Origin: Eledone cirrhosa
Lineage: Eukaryota
Assembly: GCA_964016885.1 (NCBI GenBank)
Contig: OZ024743.1
Coordinates: 56,110,001-56,174,000 of the forward strand
Reading direction: 5' to 3'
Length of the DNA: 64,000 nucleotides
In this document: positions 62,875-64,000 of the stretch, piece after piece
Layout: each line of letters opens with the position of its first letter
Numbering within the stretch: position 1 is the first letter of the stretch
Notes under the pieces: model-generated
What the model was told of the DNA's origin: nothing
The model's database searches: none
The model's input: the letters and a program-made list of their open reading frames with translations, nothing else
Program-made: the position numbers and the translations under genes

Positions 62875-63144
62875 CTTAAATGGAAAAAATGAAATTTCAT
62901 TTCTCACTCTTAGTACGGCTGATACTTAAATATAAGTATGTATACGTGCATACATATATGTATACAGACGTACAGTAGTATGTATATACATACATACATG
63001 CATGCACACATATATATATATGTACGTATGGGTTTATTGAACACTTATTATAATGTTCGGTTTGTTTGTAAACAAACAGCCCGAATTAAGCCGTACAGTG
63101 TTCGGCAACCATCGTTGCCCTTTTGTTCAACACTGACAAAGGAA

Positions 63145-63185
63145 CGATGAACTAGTTTCTAGCTTATTAGCTGTCATCAGCACCG
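63145..63185 (-). ncRNA. Minimal type I hammerhead
   Basis: CGGTG-CTGATGA-C AGCT aata AGCT A-GAAA-CTAG-TT-CATCG. Confidence 0.8.
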
Positions 63186-63297
63186 TATACCTTCCTGTCA
63201 ATCGATTGAACATTTGAAAGTATATACTTTCCTTATGCATATTAACGGCTGAGCAGCCTAATTTGCATATCGAGTGAGTTAGTAGGCCGGGCGTATA

Positions 63298-63338
63298 CGG
63301 TGCTGATGACAGCTAATAAGCTAGAAACTAGTTCATCG
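63298..63338 (+). ncRNA. Minimal type I hammerhead (inverted duplicate)
   Basis: Same sequence as 63145-63185 on the opposite strand. Confidence 0.8.
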
Positions 63339-63365
63339 TTCCTTTGTCAGTGTTGAACAAATAGC

Positions 63366-64000
63366 TAGTGAGGGATGTTGTATGTACTAGAGAGGGCATG
63401 TCTGAGAGAGCTACGAAAAACAGTAGTGGTCCCAGGACTGTGCCTTGGGGCACCCCACTTGTTATTGATGTTCTTTTGAGAGGGCTCCGTTTGTTGCAAC
63501 TGTCTGGCTTCTGTCCTTTAAGAAGTCATGCAGCCACTCACCTACTTTTCCAGTTATGCCGAGTCTGTGTAGTTTGTGACATATTCCGTGGTCGACCTTG
63601 TCAAAGGCCTTCGCAAAGTCAAGATATACCACGTCCACATGTGAGCTGTCTAGCAGTTGTTTCAGTACCCAGTCGTATTGATGTAGCAGCTGTGTAAGGC
63701 AGCTTCTTCCTGGGCGAAAGACATGCTTCGTGCTAGTCAAGCGGTCATTTTCTTCGAGGACACTGATCAGCTTCTTTCTGATGATTCGCTTAATGACTTT
63801 ACTGATATGTGACGTCAGGGAGACTGTCCTATAGTTTTTGGCCTCCGCTCTGCTACCTCCTTTATAGATAGGGCATATTGTGCCTTCTTTCAGCTCCCTG
63901 GGTAGTCTACCCCTAGCCAAGGAGCTTCTGAAGAGCGTCGTAAGGCCCGCTTACATGTTTTTAAGAGGATTGCTGGGAATCCATCAAGCCCAGCAGCTGA
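63366..64000 (-). pseudogene. CR1/Jockey-group LINE RT fragment, runs off the right edge
   Basis: PIYKGG..NYRTVSLTS, FRPGRSC, YLDFAKAFDKVDH, then a frameshift to GVPQGTVLGPLLF. Confidence 0.85.

Larger units (their letters stand above)
62877..63361 (-). mobile_element. Diverged monomer of the retrozyme-like family plus a short inverted piece (63293-63361)
   Basis: Colinear with the 425-bp unit and shares its terminus. Confidence 0.85.

Overview
Repeat-dense eukaryotic DNA with no recognisable host gene. The SINE types, TTAGGG-like hexamers and extreme (TA)n/(CA)n/(CT)n density suggest an octopus or other cephalopod mollusc (inference). Almost all long ORFs in the track are artefacts of two giant minisatellites (1-19.3 kb, 18/21-bp unit; 36.3-42.0 kb, 12-bp unit) or of microsatellites. 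The real coding remnants are retroelement fragments: a young Penelope-like (GIY-YIG) element forming a 2.9-kb palindrome, a stack of Tx1-like LINEs inside (GATA)n, RTE LINEs (one with a PHD finger inside the RT) and a CR1-like RT. The main signal is non-coding. Short elements sitting between (TA)n tracts carry hammerhead ribozyme (HHR) motifs and Penelope-style inverted or direct end duplications. They include (i) a tandem ~425-bp retrozyme-like array with minimal type I HHRs and (ii) a three-copy family whose hammerhead strands lie in non-circularly permuted order, with a kink-turn and a splinted four-way stem II, supported by compensatory base changes read by eye. No folding, alignment or database search was run; coordinates are manual and may be off by a few bases.
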